64,000 nt of DNA. Source: an uncultured Erysipelotrichaceae bacterium. GTDB lineage: Bacteria; Bacillota_I; Bacilli_A; RFN20; CAG-826. A program made the position numbers and the translations under genes. The DNA is taken from the NCBI GenBank assembly GCA_902800355.1, contig CADCEE010000001.1, positions 24,625-88,624 on the forward strand. Reading direction: 5' to 3'. The notes below the pieces were generated by a model. That model ran no database searches. It was not told where the DNA came from and was given only the letters and a program-made list of their open reading frames with translations. Positions 19,244-29,624 of this stretch are shown piece by piece (within the stretch, counting starts at the first letter, position 1; each line of letters opens with the position of its first letter).

Positions 19244-20643
19244 TATTTTAATTCTCCTCCTCTACCGCCAACTAATATTTCGCTAACACGAATAGTAGGT
19301 TGCCCAACATTTGTACGTATACTACCGCTTGCGGCACCACACATACCTTGTGCTAAGGCTAAATCATTACCCACCATATCAATTTTCTTAAGGATATCTT
19401 CACCTTTTCCAATTAAAGTTGCGCCTTTAACTGGTTCAGCGATTTTTCCATCTCTAATAATGTATGCTTCTGAACAACCAAAGTTAAATTCGCCTGTGGT
19501 TGGATCAACAGAACCACCATTAAATGAAACAGCGTATAATCCTAATTTTGTAGCTTTGATAATATCTTCTGGTTTTGATTTTCCATTATCAATATATGTG
19601 TTGCTCATTCTACTGGTTGGACAATATTTATAGTTCTGTCTTCTGCAAGAACCATTTCCTTCTTTGCCCATTCTTCTACCATTAAAATCATCAATCATGA
19701 AATTAACTAATTTTCCATCTTTAATCAAAACACGTTTTGTACCGAGATTTCCTTCATCATCAATATCAATTGATCCCCAGGCATTTGGAATAGTGGAATC
19801 ATCAACTGCGGTAACAATTGGAGACGCAATCATCTCTCCTTCTTTACCAGCAAAACAGCTCAAACCTCTTGAAACCGCACTAGCTTCTAGTGGATGTCCA
19901 CATGCTTCGTGGAATAATACTCCGCCCCAACCATTACCAATAACAACTGGCATTTTTCCGCTTGGACATTCTTTAGCGTTAAGCATCAATAAAGCTGTTT
20001 TAACAGCTTTAAGTGCTGATTCTTTTGGTTTAACTTTTGTTCTAAAATAGGAAATGTCTTCTTGGGCACCTGGTCCTTCAAATCCAGTTTCCATACCGCT
20101 TTCATTTGCAACGACAACAGAATAGGCTAATCTTGCAAATTCTGTTTCTCTTTTAAACCATTTTCCTTTGGAATTATAGATAGCAACAAAACGATAATTA
20201 CTTCCAAAACTACCAATGTATCTTACGATTCTTGGATCTTTTAATTCTTCAATTGCGTTTGTACCTTCTCTAACTAAGGCGATTTTTTCTTCCTGACTTA
20301 AAGATTTATAACTCTTTTTAATAGGATTTCTATTTGGAGCTTTAATTAAATCTAAGTGATCTACTGTAAGGATTCTTTCTCCAACAAAGGATTTATTTAA
20401 AGACTCTGCGAGAGTTAATAATCCTTTTCTAGTTAAGTCACTTGTATATCCATACACTGATCTATTTTCTTTCAATATTCTTAAGCCGACTCCTGAAGTG
20501 ACTCCTGTAGAAGAAGTAGAGACCTTACCATTTTCAATAGTAAGACCACTTCCAACACTATCTTCAAAGAAGATTTCAGAGTAGTCAGCGCCAGTTTCTA
20601 ACATCTTATTAAGAACTTCTATAGCTAATTTTTTGCTTATCAT
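19243..20643 (-). CDS. tldD: TldD-family metalloprotease
   Basis: 466 aa. HEACGHPLE zinc motif and a C-terminal GxC...G region. Overlaps pmbA by 1 nt. Confidence 0.88.
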   Translation of the reverse strand: MISKKLAIEVLNKMLETGADYSEIFFEDSVGSGLTIENGKVSTSSTGVTSGVGLRILKENRSVYGYTSDLTRKGLLTLAESLNKSFVGERILTVDHLDLIKAPNRNPIKKSYKSLSQEEKIALVREGTNAIEELKDPRIVRYIGSFGSNYRFVAIYNSKGKWFKRETEFARLAYSVVVANESGMETGFEGPGAQEDISYFRTKVKPKESALKAVKTALLMLNAKECPSGKMPVVIGNGWGGVLFHEACGHPLEASAVSRGLSCFAGKEGEMIASPIVTAVDDSTIPNAWGSIDIDDEGNLGTKRVLIKDGKLVNFMIDDFNGRRMGKEGNGSCRRQNYKYCPTSRMSNTYIDNGKSKPEDIIKATKLGLYAVSFNGGSVDPTTGEFNFGCSEAYIIRDGKIAEPVKGATLIGKGEDILKKIDMVGNDLALAQGMCGAASGSIRTNVGQPTIRVSEILVGGRGGELK

Positions 20644-20740
20644 GACTAGCCTCCTTCACAAAGTATATATATTTTAAGATAATAATATCTTTAAAATAAA
20701 GATTTTTATTCTCTTGTCATTCTATTAAAATAGAAGTGTC

Positions 20741-21790
20741 ATGAAGTTACGTATTAATATGCTTAGCAGCGCTGAAACCGTTAAAGGGCAAGGTGTTGCT
20801 AGTGCTTTTAGAGAACAAGTCACTTTAATCGAAGAGATGAAGGAAGATTTTGAAGTAGCGATTAATTCCAGATCCTCTAAATTCGATATATATCACATAC
20901 ATACTGTTGATCCAAAGTTCAAAATTAGGATGACTAAAAAACATTTGAACATAATATATGTCCATTTTGTTCCTACGAAGAATGATGGAAGTTTAAAATT
21001 ACCTAAATTTGCTAATTGGGTTTTTAATAGGCACGTTATTAGAACATACAGAAAGGCTGATGAAGTCGTTGTGGTGAACCCATGCTTTATTCAAGAGCTC
21101 GAAAAAATAAAAATCCCAAAAGAAAAGATAACCTATATACCTAATTTTGTTGACCACGATAAATTTAAAGAACTTGAAAGGGACAAAATTATAGAGTTAA
21201 AAAATAAGTACGGGATTCCACTTGATAGATTTGTTGTTTTAGGATGTGGCCAAATCCAAACAAGAAAAGGGTTTGATGATTTTGTAAAAACCGCTATTCA
21301 AAATCCAGATATTACGTTTGTCTGGGTGGGCGGATTTTCTTTCGGCAAATATACAGATGGATATAAAAAATATAAGAAATTATTGGAAAATTTGCCACAA
21401 AATATGCTTCGTTTACCTATTATTGATAGAAAATATATGAATGAAGTATTTAATATTTGCGATGTATTATTTATGCCTTCGTTCATTGAATTATTCCCAA
21501 TGACGATCCTTGAAGCTTGTAATGTTAACAAACCATTTTTGGTCCGTGACCTTGATTTATATAAACCAATTTTATTCCAAAAATACTGTAAAGGAAATTC
21601 AGTAGATGAGTTTTCAAAAGAACTTCAAAAACTCAAGAATGACATAACCTACTACAAAGAGTGTTCCGAAAATTCCAAATTTATTTCCAATTTCTATAAT
21701 AAGGATATATTAAAGAAGACTTGGAAGGACTATTATTTCCGAGTCTACGATAAATGGCTTTCAAAAAAGAAACAAAAAAATATAAAATAA
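20741..21790 (+). CDS. Glycosyltransferase family 4 (GT-B), glycolipid-synthase-like
   Basis: 349 aa. GQGVASAF N-terminus and a C-terminal ELFPMTILEACNVNKP (E-x7-E) motif. Confidence 0.7.
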   Translation: MKLRINMLSSAETVKGQGVASAFREQVTLIEEMKEDFEVAINSRSSKFDIYHIHTVDPKFKIRMTKKHLNIIYVHFVPTKNDGSLKLPKFANWVFNRHVIRTYRKADEVVVVNPCFIQELEKIKIPKEKITYIPNFVDHDKFKELERDKIIELKNKYGIPLDRFVVLGCGQIQTRKGFDDFVKTAIQNPDITFVWVGGFSFGKYTDGYKKYKKLLENLPQNMLRLPIIDRKYMNEVFNICDVLFMPSFIELFPMTILEACNVNKPFLVRDLDLYKPILFQKYCKGNSVDEFSKELQKLKNDITYYKECSENSKFISNFYNKDILKKTWKDYYFRVYDKWLSKKKQKNIK

Positions 21791-21807
21791 GAAACGAGGT
21801 AGAAAAA

Positions 21808-22263
21808 ATGAATAAATACATGAGAATGGCTATCAACGAAGCCAGAAAAGGTATCCGAGCTGGTCATGGAGGACCTTTTGGTGCTGTTATTGTTAAAGAC
21901 GGAGTTGTTATTGGAAAAGGGCATAACCAAGTTTTAAAAAATAATGATCCAACTTGCCACGGCGAGATGATGGCAATTCATAAAGCTTGTAAAGCTCTTA
22001 AAACTTATGATTTGAGTGGTTGTGAATTATATACCACTGGCGAACCTTGCCCAATGTGTATGTCAGCAATCTTATGGGCTAATATTGAAAAAGTATATTA
22101 CGGGTGTAATATAATTGACACCGAAGAAATAGGTTTCAGAGATGCAAAATTCTATGAAATGCAAAAACCTGGTGAAAGAGAAAAACTTGTTATCGAATTA
22201 GATAGAAAAGCTTGTCTAAAGCTTTACGGCGAATATACTAGACTCAATCATACTATTTATTAA
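21808..22263 (+). CDS. guaD: Guanine deaminase (CDA-fold, GuaD type)
   Basis: GGPFGAVIVKDG, DPTCHGEMMAI and PCPMCMSAI motifs, colinear with B. subtilis GuaD as I recall it. RBS gaggt upstream. The track start at 21754 was not adopted. Confidence 0.8.
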   Translation: MNKYMRMAINEARKGIRAGHGGPFGAVIVKDGVVIGKGHNQVLKNNDPTCHGEMMAIHKACKALKTYDLSGCELYTTGEPCPMCMSAILWANIEKVYYGCNIIDTEEIGFRDAKFYEMQKPGEREKLVIELDRKACLKLYGEYTRLNHTIY

Positions 22264-22271
22264 TTTCAAGA

Positions 22272-22305
22272 AGCGGACACATAATTAAAGCGGTCCGCTT
22301 TTTCT
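22272..22305 (+). terminator. Rho-independent terminator
   Basis: Stem gcggac/gtccgc followed by tttttc. Confidence 0.75.
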
Positions 22306-22425
22306 TTTACTTGTAAAAAGAATTTAAAGTGATAGTCTATTAGATGTAGATGAAATTATTTATTTGAGCGATTTGTTAAATTTTTTTAATATCGGTTTTT
22401 TCATGCGCTCAAGAAAGGAGACTCA

Positions 22426-23772
22426 ATGTATAAAAGTGAGTATTTAAATAATTTGTTAGAAGATGTCAAAAGAAGATACGGCAACGAAAAAGAATTTGTT
22501 GCTGCGGTCGAAGAATTTTTTGATTCAATGGATTTTTTAGTAGAGAAAGATCCACGCATTGAAGAATATTCTATTCTTGAAAGATTAATTGTCCCTGAAA
22601 GAGTAATTGAAATGCGAGTCCCATGGGTTGATGATAGTGGAAAAATTAGAGTCAACACCGGCTACCGTGTTCAATTCAATTCTGCGATTGGACCTTATAA
22701 AGGCGGAATGAGATTCCACCCATCTGTTAATTTATCAATTCTTAAGTTCTTAGGTTTTGAACAAACATTTAAAAACAGTTTAACTGGACTCCCTATGGGA
22801 GGAGGTAAAGGCGGAGCAGACTTCGACCCACGCGGAAAGAGTGATGGAGAAGTTATGAGATTCTGCCAATCCTTCATGTCAGAATTATTTAGACATATTG
22901 GGCCAGATACAGACGTCCCTGCTGGTGACCTTGGATTTGGTGCTAGAGAAGTCGGCTACATGTTTGGAATGTATAAGAAATTAAGAGATGAATGGAGTGG
23001 TGTTTTCACCGGTAAAGGACTCTCTTATGGTGGCTCCCTTGCTAGACCTGAAGCAACAGGTTATGGATTACTCTATTATGCTAGAGAAATGCTCAAAACT
23101 TACTACAAAACCGACTTCAAAGGCAAGAAAATCATTATTTCTGGCTGTGGGAAGGTCGGCGGAATGGCCGCTGAAAAAGCCCATCAACTTGGTGCAATTT
23201 TAGTGGGTATGAGTGATATCGATGGCTATGTTGCCGATCCAAACGGATTAGATGTTCCTTATATTGTTGAATTAAGTAAAAAGAAAGGCATGTTCTCTAA
23301 GGAATATGCTGCGACACATAAAGGTGCAAAATTTGTCGAAGGACCTAGAGGATTATGGTCTGTACCATGTGAAATTGCTCTTCCATGTGCAACACAAGGC
23401 GAAATTGCTTTAAAAGAAGCTGAAATTTTAAAGGCTAATGGCTGCTATATGTTAGTTGAAGGTGCAAATATGCCTACTGACGTTGAAGCAATTAGATATT
23501 TCAATACCCATGATGTTTTATTTGCTCCAGGAAAAGCTAGTAACGCTGGTGGCGTGGCCGTTTCAGGACTTGAAATGAGCCAAAATGCTATGCATTTAAG
23601 TTGGACCTTTGAAGAAGTTGATCAAAAATTAGAAGAAATCATGAAGAAGATTTTCAAAGCATGTCATGATACTGCAGTACAATTTGGTCAACCACGTAAT
23701 TTAGCTTTAGGCGCTAATATTGCCGGATTCTTAAAAGTCTATGACGCCATGCTTGCTCAAGGTGTTTGCTAA
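22426..23772 (+). CDS. gdhA: NADP-specific glutamate dehydrogenase
   Basis: 448 aa. GPYKGGMRFHP, the KNSLTGLPMGGGKGG catalytic Lys region and a GxGxxG dinucleotide fold. Confidence 0.93.
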   Translation: MYKSEYLNNLLEDVKRRYGNEKEFVAAVEEFFDSMDFLVEKDPRIEEYSILERLIVPERVIEMRVPWVDDSGKIRVNTGYRVQFNSAIGPYKGGMRFHPSVNLSILKFLGFEQTFKNSLTGLPMGGGKGGADFDPRGKSDGEVMRFCQSFMSELFRHIGPDTDVPAGDLGFGAREVGYMFGMYKKLRDEWSGVFTGKGLSYGGSLARPEATGYGLLYYAREMLKTYYKTDFKGKKIIISGCGKVGGMAAEKAHQLGAILVGMSDIDGYVADPNGLDVPYIVELSKKKGMFSKEYAATHKGAKFVEGPRGLWSVPCEIALPCATQGEIALKEAEILKANGCYMLVEGANMPTDVEAIRYFNTHDVLFAPGKASNAGGVAVSGLEMSQNAMHLSWTFEEVDQKLEEIMKKIFKACHDTAVQFGQPRNLALGANIAGFLKVYDAMLAQGVC

Positions 23773-24989
23773 TGATTAAAACTGTTAAGGCTCCTCATAT
23801 CTTGCTTCCTAGAAAGGGAGTAGATATGTCTAAATATGCGGTCATCGCCTGTGACCAATACACTTCTAATCTTGAATATTGGGATTCTCTTAAAAAAGAA
23901 ATTGGTAATGAGGTCTCAACTTTCAACATGATTTATCCAGAAGCGTATTTAGAAAATACCGACAACGATAAATACATTGAAGGTATCAATAAAAACATTG
24001 CTCATTATTTAGGAAATAATGATTTGGAAGATATTGGGGAATGTTTTATTCTCGTAGAAAGAGTTACTTCTTATGGAGTAAGACGTTTAGGTCTTATCTT
24101 AGCGGTAGATCTAGAAGACTATTCTTATGAAAAAGGTACTAACGCTTTAATTAGAGCGAGTGAGGCTACAATTGTAGAAAGAATTCCTCCAAGATTAAAG
24201 ATTAGAAAAGACGCTCCAATTGAATTACCGCATATTTTAGTGTTATTCGATGACCCTAAGAAGACTATCGTTGAAGAGTTATATGCTCAAAGGGACAAAT
24301 TAGAAAAAGTCTATGACTTTGAACTTAATAAAGACGGTGGTCATATCCGCGGTTATAAAGTTATTAACACTAAAGAAGTAATTACTAAGTTTGATGATTT
24401 ATTCCTTAGGAATAACAATGGGTTGTTATTCATTGTTGGTGATGGTAATCACTCCTTAGCTACAGCAAAAGCACACTGGGAAATTGTAAAAAAGGATTTA
24501 TCTCCTGAAGAAAGAGAAAATCATCCAGCCAGATTTGCTTTAGTGGAAGCTAATAATTTATATGATGATGGAATCATCTTTGAACCAATTCATAGAGTCT
24601 TATTTAATGTCGAAAAAGATTTTGAAAAACAGTTAAGAAACGTATGCACTGGTGAATTTAAATCCTTTACATACACATCTAGCGAAGGAAAGAAGGAATT
24701 AAAACTTCCAAAGAACGCTCCTAAAGCATATTTAATGGTGCAAACTTTCTTGGATGTTTATTTAAGACTACATCCACAAGCAAAAATCGACTTCATTCAT
24801 GATGAAGAAGAACTACTTGCGGTATGTGATAAAAATCCTGGCAGTGTTGCTATAGCAATGCCTGCTTTAACTAAAGAGGACTTATTTGATTATTTGGCCT
24901 CTGGCACTGTGCTTCCTAGAAAATCATTCTCAATGGGGCACGCAAATGAAAAACGCTATTATCTCGAAGCCAAGAGAATAATAAATTAA
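23772..24989 (+). CDS. DUF1015-family protein
   Basis: GDGNHSLATAKAHW motif, about 405 aa. The position next to serC/serA is one I recall as frequent for this family. Its ATG overlaps the gdhA stop (TAATG). Confidence 0.7.
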   Translation: MIKTVKAPHILLPRKGVDMSKYAVIACDQYTSNLEYWDSLKKEIGNEVSTFNMIYPEAYLENTDNDKYIEGINKNIAHYLGNNDLEDIGECFILVERVTSYGVRRLGLILAVDLEDYSYEKGTNALIRASEATIVERIPPRLKIRKDAPIELPHILVLFDDPKKTIVEELYAQRDKLEKVYDFELNKDGGHIRGYKVINTKEVITKFDDLFLRNNNGLLFIVGDGNHSLATAKAHWEIVKKDLSPEERENHPARFALVEANNLYDDGIIFEPIHRVLFNVEKDFEKQLRNVCTGEFKSFTYTSSEGKKELKLPKNAPKAYLMVQTFLDVYLRLHPQAKIDFIHDEEELLAVCDKNPGSVAIAMPALTKEDLFDYLASGTVLPRKSFSMGHANEKRYYLEAKRIIN

Positions 24990-25008
24990 TTTATTAAAGG
25001 AGAAAAAT

Positions 25009-26094
25009 ATGGCTAGAATTTATAACTTTTCTGCCGGTCCAGCTATGCTTCCTGAAGAAGTATTAAAAGAGGCTGCAGAGGAAATGCTTGATTACCGTGG
25101 ATGTGGAATGTCCGTCATGGAAATGTCCCACAGATCCAAGGTTTATCAACAAATTATTGATGAAGCGGAAGCAGACTTAAGAAAATTAGTGGGTATCCCA
25201 GATAATTATCGTGTCTTATTCCTTCAAGGTGGTGCCACACTTCAATTTGGTATGATTCCAATGAATTTAATGACCGTTAATAAGAAAGCGGACTATATTC
25301 ATTCTGGCGTCTGGACCAAAAAAGCGATGCAAGATGCCAAATTCTTTGGTCAAGTTAATGTTGCGGGAAGTAGTGAAGATGCACAATTTAAACATGTCCC
25401 AGATGTTCATAAACTTAAATTAGATCCTGAAGCAGACTATGTCTATATGTGTGATAACAACACAATTTATGGAACTAAATTCAAAGAATATCCTGATACA
25501 GGTAAAGTCCCATTAATTTGTGATATGTCATCTTGTTTCTTATCTGAACCAATCGATGTTAAAAAGTTTGGAATGATTTACGCTGGTGCGCAAAAGAATG
25601 TTGGCCCAGCTGGAGTGACTATCATCATCATTAGAGATGATTTAGTGGAACGTAGTAAAGAATTACCACTTCCTGTCTATTTAAGATATGCTCCACATGT
25701 GGAAAATGGTTCTATGTATAACACTCCACCAACTTATGGCATTTATATTTGTGGTAAAGTCTTCAAATGGTTACTCGCTACTGGTGGACTTGAAAAGAGA
25801 AAACAATTAAATGAAGAAAAAGCCAAGATCTTATATGACTATTTAGATAGTTCTTCATTCTATAAACCAAGCGTGGAAAAAGATTCACGTTCATTAATGA
25901 ACGTTACTTTCAGAACTCCAAGTGATGAATTAGACGCTGCATTCTTAGAAGGCGCGAAAAAATATAAATTCACTAACTTAAAAGGTCATAGATCTACAGG
26001 TGGATTAAGAGCCTCTATCTATAACGCTATGCCAATTGAAGGGGTTAAAGCCTTAGTGAAATATATGAAAGAGTTCGAAGAAGAACATAAATAG
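25009..26094 (+). CDS. serC: Phosphoserine aminotransferase
   Basis: MARIYNFSAGPAMLPEEVL N-terminus, AGAQKNVGPAG PLP-Lys motif, 361 aa. Confidence 0.93.
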   Translation: MARIYNFSAGPAMLPEEVLKEAAEEMLDYRGCGMSVMEMSHRSKVYQQIIDEAEADLRKLVGIPDNYRVLFLQGGATLQFGMIPMNLMTVNKKADYIHSGVWTKKAMQDAKFFGQVNVAGSSEDAQFKHVPDVHKLKLDPEADYVYMCDNNTIYGTKFKEYPDTGKVPLICDMSSCFLSEPIDVKKFGMIYAGAQKNVGPAGVTIIIIRDDLVERSKELPLPVYLRYAPHVENGSMYNTPPTYGIYICGKVFKWLLATGGLEKRKQLNEEKAKILYDYLDSSSFYKPSVEKDSRSLMNVTFRTPSDELDAAFLEGAKKYKFTNLKGHRSTGGLRASIYNAMPIEGVKALVKYMKEFEEEHK

Positions 26095-26102
26095 GTATCA
26101 CA

Positions 26103-27251
26103 ATGGAAAGAAAAATTTATTGTTTAAACAAAATTTCAAAAGTTGGTTTAGCTGTTCTTCCAAGTAACTACAAAGTAGTTGAAGAATTAGAAGGTAGTGA
26201 TGCTGTACTTGTTAGAAGTGCGGCAATGCATGAAATGGAATTACCTGAATCAGTAGCTTGTGTTGCTAGAGCAGGAGCAGGAGTTAATAATATCCCTTTA
26301 GATAAATATGCCGAAAAAGGTGTTGTGGTATTTAACACCCCAGGGGCTAACGCTAACGCTGTTAAAGAATTAACTATCGCCATGATGTTACTTGCTGCAA
26401 GAGACATTAGAGGCTCCATGGAATGGGTCAAAGCTAATAAAGAAGATCCGGAAATCAATAAGACCATGGAAAAAGCAAAGTCTGCTTTTGCTGGAACTGA
26501 AATCTTAGGGAAGACCTTAGGTGTTATCGGCTGTGGCGCTATTGGTGCTTTAGTGGCTGATGCAGCTAGAAAACTCGGGATGAAAGTTGTTGGTGTTGAA
26601 CCATCAATGGGAACTAGAGAACGTTATAAAGAATTATTAGCGGGTGTTGAGTTCGTAGAATTAGACGAATTACTTAAATTCAGTGATTATATCACTGTTC
26701 ACGTCCCACTTATGGATGCCACTAGAGGCATGATTAATAAAGCAGCATTAGCTAAAGCTAAAGATGGCGTTATTGTCATTAATGCAGCTAGAGATGCTCT
26801 TGTTAATGATGATGATATGAAAGAAGCTTTAGCTTCAGGCAAAGTCAGAAGATATGTTACTGATTTCCCTAACGCTAAGAGCGCTAATACCGAAGGTGTT
26901 GTTGCTATCTCTCACTTAGGTGCTTCTACTGAAGAAGCTGAAGATAACTGTGCGATGATGGCAGCTAACCAAGTTGTAGACTTCGTAGAAAATGGTAATA
27001 TTGTTAACTCAGTTAACTATCCTAACTTAACTCTTGGAGCAAAAGCTGGTCCTAGATTAGTAGTCTTATCTAAAGGTGATGCTTCTAGTGAAGTAATGGA
27101 AGCCGTTAAGAAGTTAGGTTTAAAAGCTGTTAAAATGGTTAATGGTGTTAAAGGGAACTTCGGCGCTACTTTAGTAGAATTAGATAAAGAAGTTAAAGAA
27201 GTTAAGGCTATTGAATCGTTGCCAAACGTTATCAAAGTATTAGTTAAATAA
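26103..27251 (+). CDS. serA: D-3-phosphoglycerate dehydrogenase (short form)
   Basis: 2-hydroxyacid dehydrogenase fold (GVIGCGAIG, NAARDALV, the HLGAST catalytic His). Sits in a context with serC. Confidence 0.85.
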   Translation: MERKIYCLNKISKVGLAVLPSNYKVVEELEGSDAVLVRSAAMHEMELPESVACVARAGAGVNNIPLDKYAEKGVVVFNTPGANANAVKELTIAMMLLAARDIRGSMEWVKANKEDPEINKTMEKAKSAFAGTEILGKTLGVIGCGAIGALVADAARKLGMKVVGVEPSMGTRERYKELLAGVEFVELDELLKFSDYITVHVPLMDATRGMINKAALAKAKDGVIVINAARDALVNDDDMKEALASGKVRRYVTDFPNAKSANTEGVVAISHLGASTEEAEDNCAMMAANQVVDFVENGNIVNSVNYPNLTLGAKAGPRLVVLSKGDASSEVMEAVKKLGLKAVKMVNGVKGNFGATLVELDKEVKEVKAIESLPNVIKVLVK

Positions 27252-27262
27252 CTCATTTATAA

Positions 27263-27297
27263 AACAGGTGTTAATAAAATGACATCTGTTTTTTTAT
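27263..27297 (+). terminator. Rho-independent terminator of the gdhA-serA unit
   Basis: Stem aacaggtg/catctgtt followed by a 6-T run (27291-27296). Confidence 0.75.
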
Positions 27298-27361
27298 TGA
27301 TTGAATCAAGTAACTTTTGAATTATAATGTAGGTAGAACCTATAAGGAGATTATTGAATAT

Positions 27362-28570
27362 ATGAAAAAAAGATTATTAATGGTCATTCCTACTATTGCT
27401 TTGTTAGCTAGCTGTGGGAAAGCCGACCCACTAGCGGAAGTAAGTAAATCTTTACCAGGCGATGTTGATGTGGTTAACCCTAGCCAAGTGGAACAAGGTG
27501 TAATCGATGAATATATTTCTGATGCATTTAATGAAATGTTCTATTCTTTAGAATATAAAGCAGTTTATAGCTTATCAGTCGATTTAAGTTTATCTCTTAA
27601 TGGAGCAACTGAAGCCGGCGCTTTTACTGGCTCAGCTAGAGTTAAAGGTAACGTACTTCTTGGCTATGATGTGCATGTTATAGAAGAAATCCCTTATTCT
27701 TCAGTCTTTCTTAAAGTGTCTGGTCTAACAGTCGAATCTAATATTAGCTTACCTGATAGCATGAAACAGAAAATGCCAGTTCCTGAAAACATCTCTATAA
27801 AAGATGTCGATTTATTTGCCTATGGATTTGAATCAGAATTAGGAGCCTTTGGCTTTGTTGATTTATCAAATCACGCTCTTCAAGATGCAGCTAAAAATGC
27901 ACTTGTTTCTAGTGGATTAGCAGAAGAAGATATTAATGAATATCTAGATACTTTACTTGGAGAAAAAACTCAAGGAAGTGAATATCGTCCAGGTTTAGCA
28001 GCGATTGATTTAGTTGATTTATTTACACAAATTGATAAATATAGAGCCTCTCAAGGCGCTGAACCATCTTCAGAAGATATACTCCAACACCCAATTACCT
28101 ATCTTCTTTCTATGGGTGATGCAGAAATGGAAAGTATTAGAATTGATTTCAACGAATTAATGGAAGATATTCTTCCAGCACTCTCTCCAGTTGTGGGAAC
28201 TAAATATACAGTAGAAAGTGCTGATGTTGTTGGCTTAGAAAAGACTTCTATTGTTATGAATGTAAGTAGTAGCCAAGTTGCTGCTGCTATGGGAATTCCA
28301 GAAAATCAAATGCCTGTTAATGGTGTGGCAGGAGTGTTACTTTCTGTTGGTGTAGATAAAGGCTCAGAAGATTACGCTCTTGAAGAGTTAAATTTATCAG
28401 CAAATGTGTCTGGTAATATGGAAGGTTTCTCTTTCTCATTTAACGGCTCAGTTAGTTTAACTGTTTCATATAACGATCAAGCGACTATGGAGACTTTAAG
28501 CGAAGCGCAAATGGACACTTATAGACCAATTACTAATGAGCTTGCTCAATTAATTATTTCATTAATGTAA
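27362..28570 (+). CDS. Lipoprotein of unknown function
   Basis: Signal peptide MKKRLLMVIPTIALLASCGK with an L-A-S-C lipobox. No family recognised. Confidence 0.7.
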   Translation: MKKRLLMVIPTIALLASCGKADPLAEVSKSLPGDVDVVNPSQVEQGVIDEYISDAFNEMFYSLEYKAVYSLSVDLSLSLNGATEAGAFTGSARVKGNVLLGYDVHVIEEIPYSSVFLKVSGLTVESNISLPDSMKQKMPVPENISIKDVDLFAYGFESELGAFGFVDLSNHALQDAAKNALVSSGLAEEDINEYLDTLLGEKTQGSEYRPGLAAIDLVDLFTQIDKYRASQGAEPSSEDILQHPITYLLSMGDAEMESIRIDFNELMEDILPALSPVVGTKYTVESADVVGLEKTSIVMNVSSSQVAAAMGIPENQMPVNGVAGVLLSVGVDKGSEDYALEELNLSANVSGNMEGFSFSFNGSVSLTVSYNDQATMETLSEAQMDTYRPITNELAQLIISLM

Positions 28571-28586
28571 TTTGTTTACAAATTAA

Positions 28587-28610
28587 AGGAGCGATTTCTC
28601 GCTCCTTTTC
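28587..28610. terminator. Bidirectional terminator between convergent genes
   Basis: Stem aggagcga/tcgctcct with loop tttc. It is flanked by an A-run upstream and a T-run downstream. Confidence 0.7.
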
Positions 28611-28627
28611 GTTTGCTTAAATTTCTA

Positions 28628-29545
28628 TTATTTAATAATGGTTCCGCTTTTTTCTTCAAATGCTTTAGCAGCGTTTTCTAAAGCGGCAATAATTGCTTTC
28701 TTACCTGGACATCTAGTTAAGAATTTCACACAGGCATTCACTTTTGGATACATACTTCCTTTTGCGAAATAATCGCCTTTTAGATATTCTTTAATTTCGT
28801 CTAATGAAACTTTTTCTAACTTGATTTCATTTGGTTGCTTATAGTTGATGCAAACATTATCAATAGCGGTGAGAATGACTAAATAATCAGCTCCTACGAG
28901 TTCTGCAACTAATGCTGAAGCATAGTCTTTATCAATAACAGCAGCAACACCTTCTAATTTGTTGCCTTCTTTAATAACTGGGATTCCGCCCCCACCAGCA
29001 CAGATAACGACATTACCAGATTTCACAAGTTGAGAAATAACTTCTTTTTCTTCGATGTCCACTGGAAGTGGAGATGGGACTACTCTTCTATAGCCTCTAC
29101 CAGCGTCTTCTTTAACAGTCCATCCTTTTTCTTTAGCGACTTTTTCTGCTTCTTCTTTAGACATAAATCCACCGACAGGTTTAGATGGATTTTGGAATAA
29201 AGGATCGTTTTTGTCTACGACAACTTGAGTAACAACAGTCGCGACATTTCTTTTAACACCTTGTGCTTTTAATTCGTTTTGTAGGGCGTTTTGTAAATGG
29301 AAACCAATATAACCTTGAGACATGGCTCCGCATTCAGGGAATGGCATGTCTGGGACGCTTTTAGCGTCTGTAAATGCGTTGTTGATCATTCCTACTTGTG
29401 GTCCATTACCGTGGACGATGACAACTTCGTGTCCGTCTTTCATGAGTTTAACAATGTATTTGGCTACATTGCTCACTAAAACTTTTTGTTCTTCGGCGTT
29501 ATTGCCTAATGCATTACCGCCTAAACTAACTACATATCTAGACAT
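28628..29545 (-). CDS. arcC: Carbamate kinase
   Basis: 305 aa. VVSLGGNAL, IVHGNGPQVG and the GGGGIPV motif. Confidence 0.92.
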   Translation of the reverse strand: MSRYVVSLGGNALGNNAEEQKVLVSNVAKYIVKLMKDGHEVVIVHGNGPQVGMINNAFTDAKSVPDMPFPECGAMSQGYIGFHLQNALQNELKAQGVKRNVATVVTQVVVDKNDPLFQNPSKPVGGFMSKEEAEKVAKEKGWTVKEDAGRGYRRVVPSPLPVDIEEKEVISQLVKSGNVVICAGGGGIPVIKEGNKLEGVAAVIDKDYASALVAELVGADYLVILTAIDNVCINYKQPNEIKLEKVSLDEIKEYLKGDYFAKGSMYPKVNACVKFLTRCPGKKAIIAALENAAKAFEEKSGTIIK

Positions 29546-29624
29546 TTAATTTTTACCTCGAGAAAATAATATACCTATTAGAGTTATTAATGAATAAATA
29601 AACAAAAAATAGTATTATAAACGT

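Noticed and set aside
22364-22412. 7-bp inverted repeat ttgagcg ... cgctcaa just upstream of the gdhA RBS
   Set aside because: - It could be an operator or a leader hairpin.
- It is a single short inverted repeat with a 35-nt AT-rich loop, and I recognise no motif in it.
- The support is too weak to call.
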